The notes under the pieces are model-generated. The model was not told where the DNA came from, ran no database searches, and saw only the letters and a program-made list of their open reading frames with translations. The position numbers and the translations under genes were made by a program. Below are positions 18,584 through 29,260 of a stretch of 64,000 bases of DNA, piece after piece (within the stretch, counting starts at the first letter, position 1; every line of letters starts with the position of its first letter). The stretch spans positions 640,001 through 704,000 of the forward strand of contig OZ243041.1 of assembly GCA_965212055.1 (NCBI GenBank). Direction: 5' to 3'. Source of the stretch: Fidelibacterota bacterium. GTDB taxonomy: Bacteria > Fidelibacterota > Marinisomatia > Marinisomatales > Marinisomataceae.

Positions 18584-20168
18584 GAAAATGATTTACAATA
18601 GGAAAACGTCTACCCATACCGAATGCTTTTCTAGTAATGCGTAAAATTGGAGGTGTCTGTCTTCTTTTATATTCATTTTGATTAATTCTTCTGATTATCT
18701 CATCTGTTTCAGGAGTATTGTTATCAATAGATTCATTATAAATTACCTTATCAACAATTGGGCTAATCACGTCATAATCAAAGGGATCTACTTGATTTTC
18801 AGCTAATTCTGCTGACGGAGTCTTTGTAATACAACTAGAAGGGATAATATCAGTTGATACTGTATTTTTCCATTTGGCTAAATTGTATACATCTGTCTTT
18901 GATAAATCACCAATGACTGATAACCCTCCACTCATATCACCATAAAGAGTGCAATAACCTAAGGCTAACTCAGTTTTATTCCCTGTTGATAAGACCAAAC
19001 AGCCAAACTTATTTGAAAATCCCATGAGAATATTACCTCTGATTCTAGATTGAATATTCTCTTCAGCAACATTGCTCTCTAATCCCTTAAAATGTGGTTC
19101 CAAAACTTGTAAATACTTTTCGAATAAATCATCTATATCAACTATATCAAAATTTGCATTTAAATTTTCTGCTAATGTTTTTGCATCAGTTTTACTGTGC
19201 TCGCTAGAAAATCTTGAAGGCATAGAAATCAAATAAACATTTTCTGGTCCGAGTGCATCAACAGCAAGACATGCTACGAGAGCAGAATCTATTCCACCAC
19301 TCAAACCTATGACTGCTTTTTGATGATCTGTTTTAGAAAAATAATCCTTAACTCCAAGTGTCAATGCATCATAAATCTCTTTGTTTGGGTCTTCTTCTTT
19401 TTGATCAATCGATGAGGAATTTAAATTTGCTACTATTAAATCTTCTTGAAATGATTTTCCTTCTTTTACTAGTTCCATATTAGAGTTCAAAATGAGAGAA
19501 TTTCCATCAAAAATTAGTTCATCTTGTCCTCCAACAATATTACAGTATATAAATGGACAATTAGCTTTAGCAAATTTATCAAGGATCAACTGTCTTCGAA
19601 TAGTTTTGCGATTCTTATGATAAGGAGACGAAGAAATATTAACAATAAGATCAGGTTTTAAATCGATAATCTCTGTGGACAATTCTCTGTCATAATCGTC
19701 TTCCCAAAGATCTTCACAAATCTGTATAATGCAATTTAATGATTCTCCATTTACACTAAGACTAAATTGACCAATTTCCGTTCCATTTTCAAAATAACGA
19801 TCTTCATCAAAAACATCATATGTTGGTAAAAGAATTTTATTATAAATATGTACAATTTCTCCATTTTCACAAATCGCTGCAGAATTAAATAATTTTCCAT
19901 TTTTTTCATTTACAAAACCAACAATACAAGTTTTAGAAACTTTTTTAGCAAAACGGTTTAAAGTAGATAGATTTTTCTCAATAAATTTTTTAGACAAAAG
20001 TAAATCTTGTGGAGGATAACCTGTCACTACCATTTCTGGAAAAACAACTAAATCAGGATTCTCCTTCAATGCTTCATTATAATTATGCAGAATTTTATCA
20101 TAATTATAATCAAAATTTCCCAAAATGGGATTTATTTGACAAAGTGCAACTTTTATTGAATTAGACAA
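18576..20168 (-). CDS. nadE: Glutamine-dependent NAD+ synthetase
   Basis: Nitrilase-like domain (FPE, YNKILLP, ICEDLW) plus GLSGGIDS, ENIQSRIR, STGNKTE. Confidence 0.95.
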   Translation of the reverse strand: MSNSIKVALCQINPILGNFDYNYDKILHNYNEALKENPDLVVFPEMVVTGYPPQDLLLSKKFIEKNLSTLNRFAKKVSKTCIVGFVNEKNGKLFNSAAICENGEIVHIYNKILLPTYDVFDEDRYFENGTEIGQFSLSVNGESLNCIIQICEDLWEDDYDRELSTEIIDLKPDLIVNISSSPYHKNRKTIRRQLILDKFAKANCPFIYCNIVGGQDELIFDGNSLILNSNMELVKEGKSFQEDLIVANLNSSSIDQKEEDPNKEIYDALTLGVKDYFSKTDHQKAVIGLSGGIDSALVACLAVDALGPENVYLISMPSRFSSEHSKTDAKTLAENLNANFDIVDIDDLFEKYLQVLEPHFKGLESNVAEENIQSRIRGNILMGFSNKFGCLVLSTGNKTELALGYCTLYGDMSGGLSVIGDLSKTDVYNLAKWKNTVSTDIIPSSCITKTPSAELAENQVDPFDYDVISPIVDKVIYNESIDNNTPETDEIIRRINQNEYKRRQTPPILRITRKAFGMGRRFPIVNHFHE

Positions 20169-20614
20169 TTTTTAATCTCACCAATCAATGTGCTAATTGA
20201 ATCTACTTGGATTGAATTTTTGATATCCCAACTTTTATAAGCAATTAGAGGCTTATCCTGTGCTAAGGTATATGCAATTTCACTTAAAGTGCCATAAGCG
20301 CCAGAAATCGCGACTCCTACATCGCAATTATAGCTTATCATTGCATTTCTACTGATATCCATACCTGTTGCAATAGGAACTGATAAAAATTTGTTTCCTG
20401 TATTATATTCTTTATCCTTTAAAATTCCTATACACACACCATTGTCCTCAGATACTCCTTTTGCAATAGCTTCCATCACTCCTTCTCCTCCACCACAAAA
20501 AACTAGCCAATTTTCTCTTGCCATTTGTCTACCAATTTCAACAGTATCATTATAGATTGATTCGGTAATATCTCTGCCTCCGAAAACAGCAATTCTTCCA
20601 TTGAATTTTATCAT
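20153..20614 (-). CDS. TIGR00725/SLOG (LOG-like) family protein
   Basis: GGGEGVMEA, TGMDISRN, GAYGTLSE. Confidence 0.85.
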   Translation of the reverse strand: MIKFNGRIAVFGGRDITESIYNDTVEIGRQMARENWLVFCGGGEGVMEAIAKGVSEDNGVCIGILKDKEYNTGNKFLSVPIATGMDISRNAMISYNCDVGVAISGAYGTLSEIAYTLAQDKPLIAYKSWDIKNSIQVDSISTLIGEIKNCLIQ

Positions 20615-21900
20615 GGTTCAAGCCTTCCCATTGTTCTTGGGAAAGGAATTGTTTGCCTGATGTGATCAATTCCACATATCCAAGAAACCGTTCTTTCAAG
20701 ACCTAATCCAAAACCTGAATGGGGAACTGACCCATATTTTCTCAAATCTAGATACCACTTGAATGCATCCACAGGCAATTTGTGTTCTTTAATACGTTTC
20801 ACTAATAAATCATGATTATCTTCTCTTTGACCACCGCCAACAACTTCTCCATAACCTTCTGGTGCAAGAACATCCACGCCTAAAGCATATTTATCAGTCT
20901 TGTCTCTTTTCATATAAAATGCTTTCGTCTTGTGTGGCCAAGAATGAATCATAACAGGTTTATCAAATTCAGAAGCAATTGCTTCTTCATCAGGAGCTCC
21001 AAAATCGCTTCCATATTTAAAATCACGGTTTTTATCTTTTAATATCTTTACTGCGTCATCATAAGAAATTCTTGGAAATGGACTAGAAATATTTTTTAAT
21101 TTGGATAAATCTCTTTCGAGAATCTCTAATTCTTGAGAACAATGCTTTAAACAATCAGAAATTATGTATGATATAAACTCTTCAATTATATCCATATTCT
21201 GATTGATATCACAGTAGGCCATTTCAGGCTCAACCATCCAAAATTCAGTAAGATGTTTCCTAGTTTTTGATTTTTCTGCCCTAAAACAAGGTCCAAAACA
21301 ATATGTTTTCCCAAATGCCATAGCGGCTGCTTCTTGATACAATTGTCCGCTTTGTGTTAAATAAGCAGATCGATTAAAATAATCAGTCTCAAATAGAGTA
21401 GTAGTACCCTCTACAGCATTACCAGTAAACATAGGAGAATCAATTAATACAAACCCTTTATCATCAAAGAAATCTCGTATTGCTTTTATTGTTCTTTGCC
21501 TAATTTTCATAATTGCGAATTGTCTTTTTGATCTTAACCATAAATGTCGATTATCCATCAAGAAGCTAACACCATGATCTTTTAGAGCTATTGGGTATTC
21601 ATCAGCAATATGAACAACATTAATGTTACTAGCAATAATCTCGACACCGCCTTTAGATCTTTTATCTTCCTGAACAGTTCCTGTAATAGAAAGAGAAGAT
21701 TCTTGAGTTAAAGTATTCTCTAGTTTGAAAACATCTTCGGCAACATCATTTTTTGATACAACACATTGAACATATCCAGTACCATCTCTTACAATAACAA
21801 ACCATATTTTTCCAATCGATCTTATATTGTAAACCCATCCATTGATTTGGACTTCTTTACCAATAAATTTCTTTAATTTTTCTACATTTATTTGATTCAT
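20611..21900 (-). CDS. asnS: Asparagine--tRNA ligase
   Basis: OB-fold RDGTG, YLTQSGQLY, FRAEKSKTRKHLTEFW, PHSGFGLGLER. Confidence 0.95.
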   Translation of the reverse strand: MNQINVEKLKKFIGKEVQINGWVYNIRSIGKIWFVIVRDGTGYVQCVVSKNDVAEDVFKLENTLTQESSLSITGTVQEDKRSKGGVEIIASNINVVHIADEYPIALKDHGVSFLMDNRHLWLRSKRQFAIMKIRQRTIKAIRDFFDDKGFVLIDSPMFTGNAVEGTTTLFETDYFNRSAYLTQSGQLYQEAAAMAFGKTYCFGPCFRAEKSKTRKHLTEFWMVEPEMAYCDINQNMDIIEEFISYIISDCLKHCSQELEILERDLSKLKNISSPFPRISYDDAVKILKDKNRDFKYGSDFGAPDEEAIASEFDKPVMIHSWPHKTKAFYMKRDKTDKYALGVDVLAPEGYGEVVGGGQREDNHDLLVKRIKEHKLPVDAFKWYLDLRKYGSVPHSGFGLGLERTVSWICGIDHIRQTIPFPRTMGRLEP

Positions 21901-21904
21901 AATA

Positions 21905-22474
21905 TCACCATGTTGACAGTACTGTGTTTACAATATCAACTGCAATTTTATTAATTGCAACATTAATTGCAAGCTCTCTTGAATCCCCAAATTCATCACT
22001 ATCATTGCTATCAATTAATCCATCGTTATCATTATCTATTCCATCAGAAGAAGGGTCGCTATCAATACTATAAGTTCCAAATGAAGAGAAGTCTTTTTCA
22101 AACAATGCTTTATCATTGCTAACATCAAGCCATATGGCCTTAACTTTAATTGAAAAACGATATTCACTAACTTGCTCATTATTATTAAAAGCATACGGAC
22201 CATCTGAAACAGAAACTATCTCACCATCTATAATACTATCACTATCTGGACTGCTTACTATTTTAATAATATTCTGTTCACTAATTTGTTCAATAATTAC
22301 GTTGGTCAATTTCTCTGAAAGCTCAAATTCAGGAGTTTGATTTACGAATAAAGGAACGGATACATTTCTAATGTTTGGAGGGATTGATCCCGCCATTGAA
22401 TAATATGCGCATCCAAATAGTACAAAAATAAAATAAAGATTAGTTATCTTTATTAATCTTCTTTTCAATTCCAT
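21905..22474 (-). CDS. lptE: LptE-family LPS assembly lipoprotein
   Basis: Start moved to ATG 22474, giving signal MELKRR...LFGC. Sits downstream of the sigma54 activator as in FCB bacteria. C-terminal IAVDIVN...STW; Asp-rich insertion. Confidence 0.7.
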   Translation of the reverse strand: MELKRRLIKITNLYFIFVLFGCAYYSMAGSIPPNIRNVSVPLFVNQTPEFELSEKLTNVIIEQISEQNIIKIVSSPDSDSIIDGEIVSVSDGPYAFNNNEQVSEYRFSIKVKAIWLDVSNDKALFEKDFSSFGTYSIDSDPSSDGIDNDNDGLIDSNDSDEFGDSRELAINVAINKIAVDIVNTVLSTW

Positions 22475-23645
22475 AATCATTAATCTTTCTATATAGTGTT
22501 CTTTCACTCATTCCAAGTGACTTAGCTGCTGCCCTTCTGTTGTTATTAAAGTACTCTAATGTACGAAGAATCATTTCTTTTTCTAAATCTGTAGTCTTGA
22601 AACTACCTATTGCTTGCTCTTTTAACAAAGTTTTATCTTCAAAACCACCAAATTCATTATCATGAATTTTATTACTGAAATTTTCATCAATATTTCTAGG
22701 CGAATTTAATATTGAAAAATCAGATTGTTTGAGCATTAGTTTGAGTTCTTCTATGTCCTGTCTTAAAAACAATAATTGTCGCAAAATCAATTCTCTTTCG
22801 GCTTGATCAGGGTTCTGATTTACTACAACAGGTAGTGCTGGATTATCAGAAAATTCCATCATTTTCTCGTTTTGTAGTTGTTTCTCGATAATTTCTGCAG
22901 TAATTCTTTCTCCCTTTTCAAGAATTAAAATACTTTCTATGAAATTTCTTAATTCTCTTACATTTCCTGGCCAATCAAATTTCTGAATTACTTTAATTGC
23001 TTCAGGAGTAAACCCTTTATATTTAATTTTGTTTGTTCTACTAAATTGTAAAGCAAATCTTTCAACAAGCAACCTAATATCGTTTTTTCTATGTCTTAGT
23101 GCTGGAAGATTAATTGTAACTGTTTTTAACCTATAATAAAGGTCTTGTCTGAATTTTCCTTCTTTAACAAGTCTAGCCAAATCTTTATTTGTAGCAGCTA
23201 TTACTCTAGTATCAGTTTTCTTAGATATAGAGTCTCCTACTCTCATATATTCTCCAGTTTCCAGTACTCTTAAAACCTTAACTTGAGTTTCTAATGGCAT
23301 ATCTCCAATTTCATCAAGAAAAATTGTTCCCTTATTTGCAGTCTCAAAATACCCTTTTCTTGATTCACTCGCATCAGTATAGGCTCCTTTTTTGTGGCCG
23401 AATAATTCACTTTCAATAATTCCTTCTGGAATAGCTCCACAATTAACAATAATTAAATCCTTGCTTGAACGCATACTTGCAGTATGAACAGCTTTGGCAA
23501 CTAACTCCTTTCCTGTACCAGATTCTCCATTAATCAAAACGGAAATATCCACGCCAGCAACTTGAGATACCATTTCCAAGACTTGATTAATCTCTTCGCT
23601 TTCCCCGACAATTCCTGATTTTTGTTTAATTAGTTCAATATTCAT
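22440..23645 (-). CDS. Sigma54-dependent Fis-family activator lacking an N-terminal sensor domain
   Basis: GESGTGKE, ESELFGH, GAYTDA, FLDEIG, WPGNVREL, C-terminal HTH. Confidence 0.92.
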   Translation of the reverse strand: MNIELIKQKSGIVGESEEINQVLEMVSQVAGVDISVLINGESGTGKELVAKAVHTASMRSSKDLIIVNCGAIPEGIIESELFGHKKGAYTDASESRKGYFETANKGTIFLDEIGDMPLETQVKVLRVLETGEYMRVGDSISKKTDTRVIAATNKDLARLVKEGKFRQDLYYRLKTVTINLPALRHRKNDIRLLVERFALQFSRTNKIKYKGFTPEAIKVIQKFDWPGNVRELRNFIESILILEKGERITAEIIEKQLQNEKMMEFSDNPALPVVVNQNPDQAERELILRQLLFLRQDIEELKLMLKQSDFSILNSPRNIDENFSNKIHDNEFGGFEDKTLLKEQAIGSFKTTDLEKEMILRTLEYFNNNRRAAAKSLGMSERTLYRKINDYGIEKKINKDN

Positions 23646-23654
23646 TTTATCCTC

Positions 23655-25655
23655 TTAGTTAACAATTTTAATTTCTTTCTGCAGATTTGTGATTTCATCT
23701 CTTAGGCTTGCTGCCTTCTCAAACTCCAAATTCTCAGCTGCTTCTAACATTTCTTGTCGAATCATCTCAACAGCAATCTTTTTGTCCTCTTTTAGAAATC
23801 TATCAGTCTTGATATCACGTTTGATTTGAATTTCATTTTCTTTAAACGCTTCTGCAACCTTAGTCGCTCCTAATATCTCATCCATTGATTTTTTAATCGA
23901 TCTAGGAATAATATTATTTTCCTTATTAAAATGCTCTTGTATCTCTCTTCTACGGCTAGTTTCATCAACCAAATACTGTATAGAATCAGTTTTTCGATCA
24001 GCATACAGTATAACCTTACCTTTTACATGTCTAGCCGCTCTACCAGCAATTTGTACCAAAGAACTTTTTGATCTTAAAAATCCTTCTTTATCCGCATCAA
24101 GAATTGCAACCAATGAAACTTCTGGAAGATCAAGACCTTCCCTTAATAAATTGATCCCAACCAGAACGTCAAAATCCCCTAATCGTAGATCTCTTAGAAT
24201 CTTGACTCTTTCAATTGTTTTTATCTCGGAATGGAGATATCTCACTCTAATATTCATTGTGCTAAGATATTCTGATAAATCTTCAGCCATTTTTTTTGTT
24301 AGAGTCGTTACTAAACATCTTTCTTTTTTAATGGAACGTTTTTTGATTTCACTAATTAAATGATCAATTTGTCCTGATGATGGCTTTATGCTAACCATTG
24401 GATCTAATAGCCCAGTTGGTCTATTGATAAGTTCTATTACTACTCCTGAAGACAGATTCAATTCTTTTTCAGCTGGTGTAGCAGAAACATAAATCATTTG
24501 ATTCTGAATTGATTCAAATTCATCAATTGTGAGAGGTCTGTTATCATAAGCAGCGGGAAGCCTAAAACCATGTTCAATAAGATTTTCTTTTCTCTTTTTA
24601 TCTCCATTATACATTCCTTTTATCTGAGGGAAAGTAACATGAGATTCGTCAAGGATAGTGATAAAATCCTTAGGAAAGAAGTCTATTAAAGTCCATGGTC
24701 TTTCACCCGATTCTCTTCCATCAAAATATCTTGAATAATTCTCAATACCTGAACAGTATCCTACTTCATCAATCATTTCTACATCAAAATTAGTTCTTTG
24801 GCTTAATCGTTGTGCTTCAAGCAACTTTTCGTTCTTATTAAAATAATCTAACCTATCTTTTAAATCTCTTTTTATCTCCTTAATTACTTTTTTATTTTTT
24901 CCTTTATCAGATACAAAATGTCTTGCTGGATAGAGAAAGATTTCTTCAATTTCTTTGCCTTCCTCTCCGGTTAGAGGATTAAAAGTAACAATTGACTCCA
25001 GTGTATCATTGAAAATATCAACTCTGATTGCATTTTCTTCATAAGCTGGAAATATTTCAAAAACATCCCCCATAATTCTAAAATTACATCTTTCAAGAAC
25101 CTGATCATTTCTTTGATAATAAATATCAACCAAAGATTCCGTTAATTCTCTACGATTAATATTATCATTCTTTTTAAGATGAATAACTTGATTTTTGTAT
25201 TCCTCAGGAGAGCCCAATCCATATATACAAGACACTGAACTAACTACAATTACGTCATTTCTTTGTATTAAAGAGCTTGTGGCTCTGAGCCTCAGCTTAT
25301 CAATTTCTTCATCCATTGAAAAATCTTTTTCAATGAATGTATCTGTAACGGGCATATATGACTCCGGCTGATAATAGTCATAATAGCTTATAAAATATTC
25401 TACCGCGTTATTAGGAAATAAATTTTTGAATTCTCCATAAAGTTGGGCTGCCAATGTTTTGTTATGAGATATAACCAATGTTGGTCTTTGGATTTTTTCA
25501 ATAACCTTTGCAATAGCATAGGTTTTTCCAGATCCAGTAACACCTAATAAAGTTTGATGTTTTGTATCAGAATTTAAACCGTTTATGAGCTCATCTATTG
25601 CTTTAGGTTGATCACCAGAGGGTTCAAAATTAGAAATTAGCTTAAAGTCTGCCAT
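23655..25655 (-). CDS. uvrB: Excinuclease ABC subunit B
   Basis: GVTGSGKT, YYDYYQPE, DESH, GINLLREGLDLPEV, C-terminal UVR domain. Confidence 0.97.
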   Translation of the reverse strand: MADFKLISNFEPSGDQPKAIDELINGLNSDTKHQTLLGVTGSGKTYAIAKVIEKIQRPTLVISHNKTLAAQLYGEFKNLFPNNAVEYFISYYDYYQPESYMPVTDTFIEKDFSMDEEIDKLRLRATSSLIQRNDVIVVSSVSCIYGLGSPEEYKNQVIHLKKNDNINRRELTESLVDIYYQRNDQVLERCNFRIMGDVFEIFPAYEENAIRVDIFNDTLESIVTFNPLTGEEGKEIEEIFLYPARHFVSDKGKNKKVIKEIKRDLKDRLDYFNKNEKLLEAQRLSQRTNFDVEMIDEVGYCSGIENYSRYFDGRESGERPWTLIDFFPKDFITILDESHVTFPQIKGMYNGDKKRKENLIEHGFRLPAAYDNRPLTIDEFESIQNQMIYVSATPAEKELNLSSGVVIELINRPTGLLDPMVSIKPSSGQIDHLISEIKKRSIKKERCLVTTLTKKMAEDLSEYLSTMNIRVRYLHSEIKTIERVKILRDLRLGDFDVLVGINLLREGLDLPEVSLVAILDADKEGFLRSKSSLVQIAGRAARHVKGKVILYADRKTDSIQYLVDETSRRREIQEHFNKENNIIPRSIKKSMDEILGATKVAEAFKENEIQIKRDIKTDRFLKEDKKIAVEMIRQEMLEAAENLEFEKAASLRDEITNLQKEIKIVN

Positions 25656-25718
25656 ATTGTCCCTTTAATTTAAGTTTTATTAACAAATAAAACAATTTAT
25701 AAAGTATGACAATAGGTT

Positions 25719-26270
25719 TTATTTTTTGGTGCTTAAAATATAAAAAACACGCAAATAATCCAATAAACTGAGGAATAAAAGAGCCGTAGCAATATAAATC
25801 AAAAGTGGAACGAAACTAAATAAAGATTCAATCTTTATTACATATATTCCAAGCCCAAGAGTAAGAAATCCAACACCCCATTTTCCAACTATATTGGATC
25901 CATATACTGAATCAGCTTTTGGAAGGAGAGTCATGGATAAGATAAGAAGTAAAAATTGTCTACAAAAATAAAAGACACAAAACCAAAGATCTATACGACT
26001 CTCAAAATATAATACAACCGAAAACGTAAACAGGATTAATCCATCAGCTATAGGGTCAAGAAGTTTGCCTAAATCAGAAATTTGATTGAGACGTCTTGCT
26101 AAAAAACCATCTAGAAAATCTGTTAGAATAACAACTCCTAATAATACATAAAGATATATCATACAATCAAAATAATAGGACATAACCAATGGAACAATTA
26201 GGACAAGCCTAAGAATAGTAATTAAGTTAGGAATAAGAAAAATGTCGCTAGATTTAAAAAGTTTACTCAT
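25719..26270 (-). CDS. CDP-alcohol phosphatidyltransferase (PgsA-like)
   Basis: PNLITILR; DFLDGFLARRLNQISDLGKLLDPIAD. Confidence 0.9.
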   Translation of the reverse strand: MSKLFKSSDIFLIPNLITILRLVLIVPLVMSYYFDCMIYLYVLLGVVILTDFLDGFLARRLNQISDLGKLLDPIADGLILFTFSVVLYFESRIDLWFCVFYFCRQFLLLILSMTLLPKADSVYGSNIVGKWGVGFLTLGLGIYVIKIESLFSFVPLLIYIATALLFLSLLDYLRVFYILSTKK

Positions 26271-27537
26271 CTAGTATCTCTGATATTAATTTTTTAGTTG
26301 ATCCGAGATTGTTATCAATAACATTTTTGGATGCATCGCTCGCAGACAAATAAAAATCTCTATCTAAGAGTTTATTAAATGTATGCATTAATTCTTCAGA
26401 TGAACTTACCTCAAACGCGGCTGATTTATTTAATAACTGGCTTGCTTCTAGGAAATTTGAATTCGAATGATTTGGACCAAAAATAACAGGATTACCAGCA
26501 ACCGCTGGTTCCATAATATTATGAATTCCATTCTTTGAAAATCCCCCGCCAACATAAGCAATATATGCTTGCCAATATAATTTATATAGAATCCCAACTG
26601 TATTGATGATAATAATGCTTGCTTCAATATTTCTTAGATCCATATATGTATCAACAATCTTATAGGATAAATTATTTTCCTCTACTTGGTCTATATAATA
26701 ATTAGTTATGCTATCTGATAATTCATGTGGAACAAGAACAATTTTTGAAGATTCATTATTTTTTAATAAATCAAATATTTTTGGAAACAAAATTGAATGG
26801 TCTTCTGGCCATAGGCTTGCAAATAAGAACAATTTTTTTTGGATTCTCTTATCATAAGAAAGCTTGATATCAACTTCTTGTGATTTATTACTAGCTACAT
26901 CAAAACGAGGATTTCCCATAGCCACAAATTTTTTATCATTAATAATTTTTCTAAGATTACTTAAATCCTTTGTAGAAACAGTAAAAATTTGATCAATTGA
27001 TTGATAGGTAGATTTATATAAGCTTCTTCCCAGAAGAGACAGTTTAAAGCTATTAGAATGAATTCTTAGCGATATTAGCATAGTTTTGATGTTTAATAAT
27101 TGAGATATAAAAACAATATTCGGCCAAACATCATAAGATGCAAAAATTAATTTTGAAGGTTGAACAATCTTCAAAGACCTATACAAAGATAAAAAGAAAT
27201 CAAACGGCAGATAAATCTTACAATCAATATTTTCATTATGGACATTATTAAATCCAGATGGAGAAAAGAAAGATACAATAACCCCTTTATTTTTATCTCT
27301 TTTTATTTCTTCAATTATAGATTGAATTTGCTGGAATTCTCCATGAGATGAGACATGAAACCAATAAATGTCTGAGAAAGAAGTATTATTTTTAAAATCA
27401 GCTAATCTTTTTCTAGTTTTCAATCTACCGATAAAACCATCTCTAATTTTCTTATTAAATGGAATGAGTAGAATAGTCAGAATAAAGAATAAGGGATAAA
27501 GAATTAGATTGTATAATATAAACCAAAACAATCTCAT
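26263..27537 (-). CDS. waaA: Kdo transferase (GT30)
   Basis: WFHVSSHGE, YLPFD, GNPRFD, VPHE, GIHNIMEPA. Confidence 0.88.
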   Translation of the reverse strand: MRLFWFILYNLILYPLFFILTILLIPFNKKIRDGFIGRLKTRKRLADFKNNTSFSDIYWFHVSSHGEFQQIQSIIEEIKRDKNKGVIVSFFSPSGFNNVHNENIDCKIYLPFDFFLSLYRSLKIVQPSKLIFASYDVWPNIVFISQLLNIKTMLISLRIHSNSFKLSLLGRSLYKSTYQSIDQIFTVSTKDLSNLRKIINDKKFVAMGNPRFDVASNKSQEVDIKLSYDKRIQKKLFLFASLWPEDHSILFPKIFDLLKNNESSKIVLVPHELSDSITNYYIDQVEENNLSYKIVDTYMDLRNIEASIIIINTVGILYKLYWQAYIAYVGGGFSKNGIHNIMEPAVAGNPVIFGPNHSNSNFLEASQLLNKSAAFEVSSSEELMHTFNKLLDRDFYLSASDASKNVIDNNLGSTKKLISEILDE

Positions 27538-28535
27538 GATTTTACAACCTGATTTAAGTTATTAAAGACAACATTGCTATCAATTGTTGACAAACAATAT
27601 TGTTCTTTTCTATAACATTTTCTACTACCATTCTGAGAGCATGGCCTACACCATAAACTATCATTTTCTACAATTCTAGAATTATTCAAAACAACATTTG
27701 CACCAGTTTCCTTTGATGTAGGTCCTAAAATCATTGTAACAGGAGTGTCAAGTGCTTCAGAAATATGCAATAAGCCTGTATCGCTACCTATGGTATGATT
27801 GGATAGCTTGAGAATTGACATTGCCATTCTTAATGTTGTTTCACCTTTAAGATTAATAATTCTATCATGTGTTGAAAGTTGATCACAGATGATATCTTTT
27901 TTGGACCCAAGAATAACAACTTTAAATGAAAATGTATTCAGAATTCTATCAATTAAATCATTATAATTTTTAACAGACCATTGCTTTTGTTTCCACGCAG
28001 CACCAGGAACAATTGTAATAAATTTCTCATTGACACCATTACTAGATAAATATTGTTTTGTTTCTTCTATCTCACTATTAGAGACACTTAATTTAGTTTT
28101 TGGCAAATTTTTAGTCATATCTAGTAAAGAATGATACATTTTAATGTGTGAAAAATCTTTTTTGAAAAAATTTTGATATGTATAGAATAGTAACCATCTT
28201 TTTAAACGTGGTTTTCGAATCTGTTTAAAAGAAGAGACTTTAAAAAAAAATGATAAAAGTTTTGTTCTAAAGACATTATGTATATCATATACAGCATCAT
28301 AATTCTTATGTTTTAGCGCTTTGCCAACAGAAATAAGGCCATTAATCCCAGATTGCTTATCATAAGTAATAATATTATCAATTAGAGGATGATGGTGAAC
28401 AATATCAGAGAATTCTTCCTTGACAAGAAAGTCAATTTGTGAATTAGGAAATTTATTCTTTACTGACTCAATAAATGACGTTGATAAAACAATATCCCCA
28501 ATTGAACTCATTCTGATAATAAGAATTTTCTTCAT
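27534..28535 (-). CDS. GT9 LPS heptosyltransferase (WaaF-like)
   Basis: IRMSSIGDIV, PGAAW..KQW, DTGLLH, CRPC. Confidence 0.88.
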   Translation of the reverse strand: MKKILIIRMSSIGDIVLSTSFIESVKNKFPNSQIDFLVKEEFSDIVHHHPLIDNIITYDKQSGINGLISVGKALKHKNYDAVYDIHNVFRTKLLSFFFKVSSFKQIRKPRLKRWLLFYTYQNFFKKDFSHIKMYHSLLDMTKNLPKTKLSVSNSEIEETKQYLSSNGVNEKFITIVPGAAWKQKQWSVKNYNDLIDRILNTFSFKVVILGSKKDIICDQLSTHDRIINLKGETTLRMAMSILKLSNHTIGSDTGLLHISEALDTPVTMILGPTSKETGANVVLNNSRIVENDSLWCRPCSQNGSRKCYRKEQYCLSTIDSNVVFNNLNQVVKS

Positions 28536-29260
28536 TACTCTTCTTGATTAAATAACCTATTCGCAAACCAGGAAATAAAAATACTAATCTCATATAGAAT
28601 GACCATTGGAATAGACATAATTATTAAGCTTATAGGATCTGGAGGAGTAATAATAGCCGACAATATAACAGTAATCATGATTGCTTCTCTTCTATATCGT
28701 CTTAAAAAATCAGGAGTGACAATACCAATGGATGAGAAAAGGAATGAAACAACTGGTAATTCAAAAATTAGACCTGAACCAATAATTAATGCTAAAACAA
28801 AACTAAAATATCTATGAATATCAAAGTTATTAGCAATATTTTCAGTTACCATCCCTGCAAAAAAATTTAAAGAATATGGAAGAATTACCATGTAAGCAAA
28901 GATACCTCCTATAATAAAACATAGAAAAGCTGTTATTATAAGAGGAAGCAATATTTTTTGTTCTTTGTCATAGAGTCCTGGAGAAACAAATTTCCAGATT
29001 TGAACAGTTATGACTGGAATGGACAAAATTACTCCTCCAATAAGAGCAAGATTCCACTTTAACATGAACATACCTTGAGGAGTAAGTGTCTGCAAATTGA
29101 TTCCTCTATTATCAGCAGGATCTGTAAGAATATAAACTAAATAATCTGCAAAATTAAAAGTAAGAATAGCCATTACCAAGATTGAAGCTAGAGATTTTAG
29201 TATTCTCCATCTTAATTCCTCAAGATGGTTAATAAGACTCATATCTTTGGAATTATTCAT
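28535..29260 (-). CDS. tatC: Twin-arginine translocase TatC
   Basis: HLEELRWR, FVSPGLY, FELP, AIITPPD, LYEISI. Confidence 0.95.
   Translation of the reverse strand: MNNSKDMSLINHLEELRWRILKSLASILVMAILTFNFADYLVYILTDPADNRGINLQTLTPQGMFMLKWNLALIGGVILSIPVITVQIWKFVSPGLYDKEQKILLPLIITAFLCFIIGGIFAYMVILPYSLNFFAGMVTENIANNFDIHRYFSFVLALIIGSGLIFELPVVSFLFSSIGIVTPDFLRRYRREAIMITVILSAIITPPDPISLIIMSIPMVILYEISIFISWFANRLFNQEE

Noticed and set aside
5585..20168. IDO-like gene plus nadE as a kynurenine-to-NAD cluster
   Set aside because: They are 11 kb apart on opposite strands with no kynurenine-pathway or nadC genes between; nadE is housekeeping.
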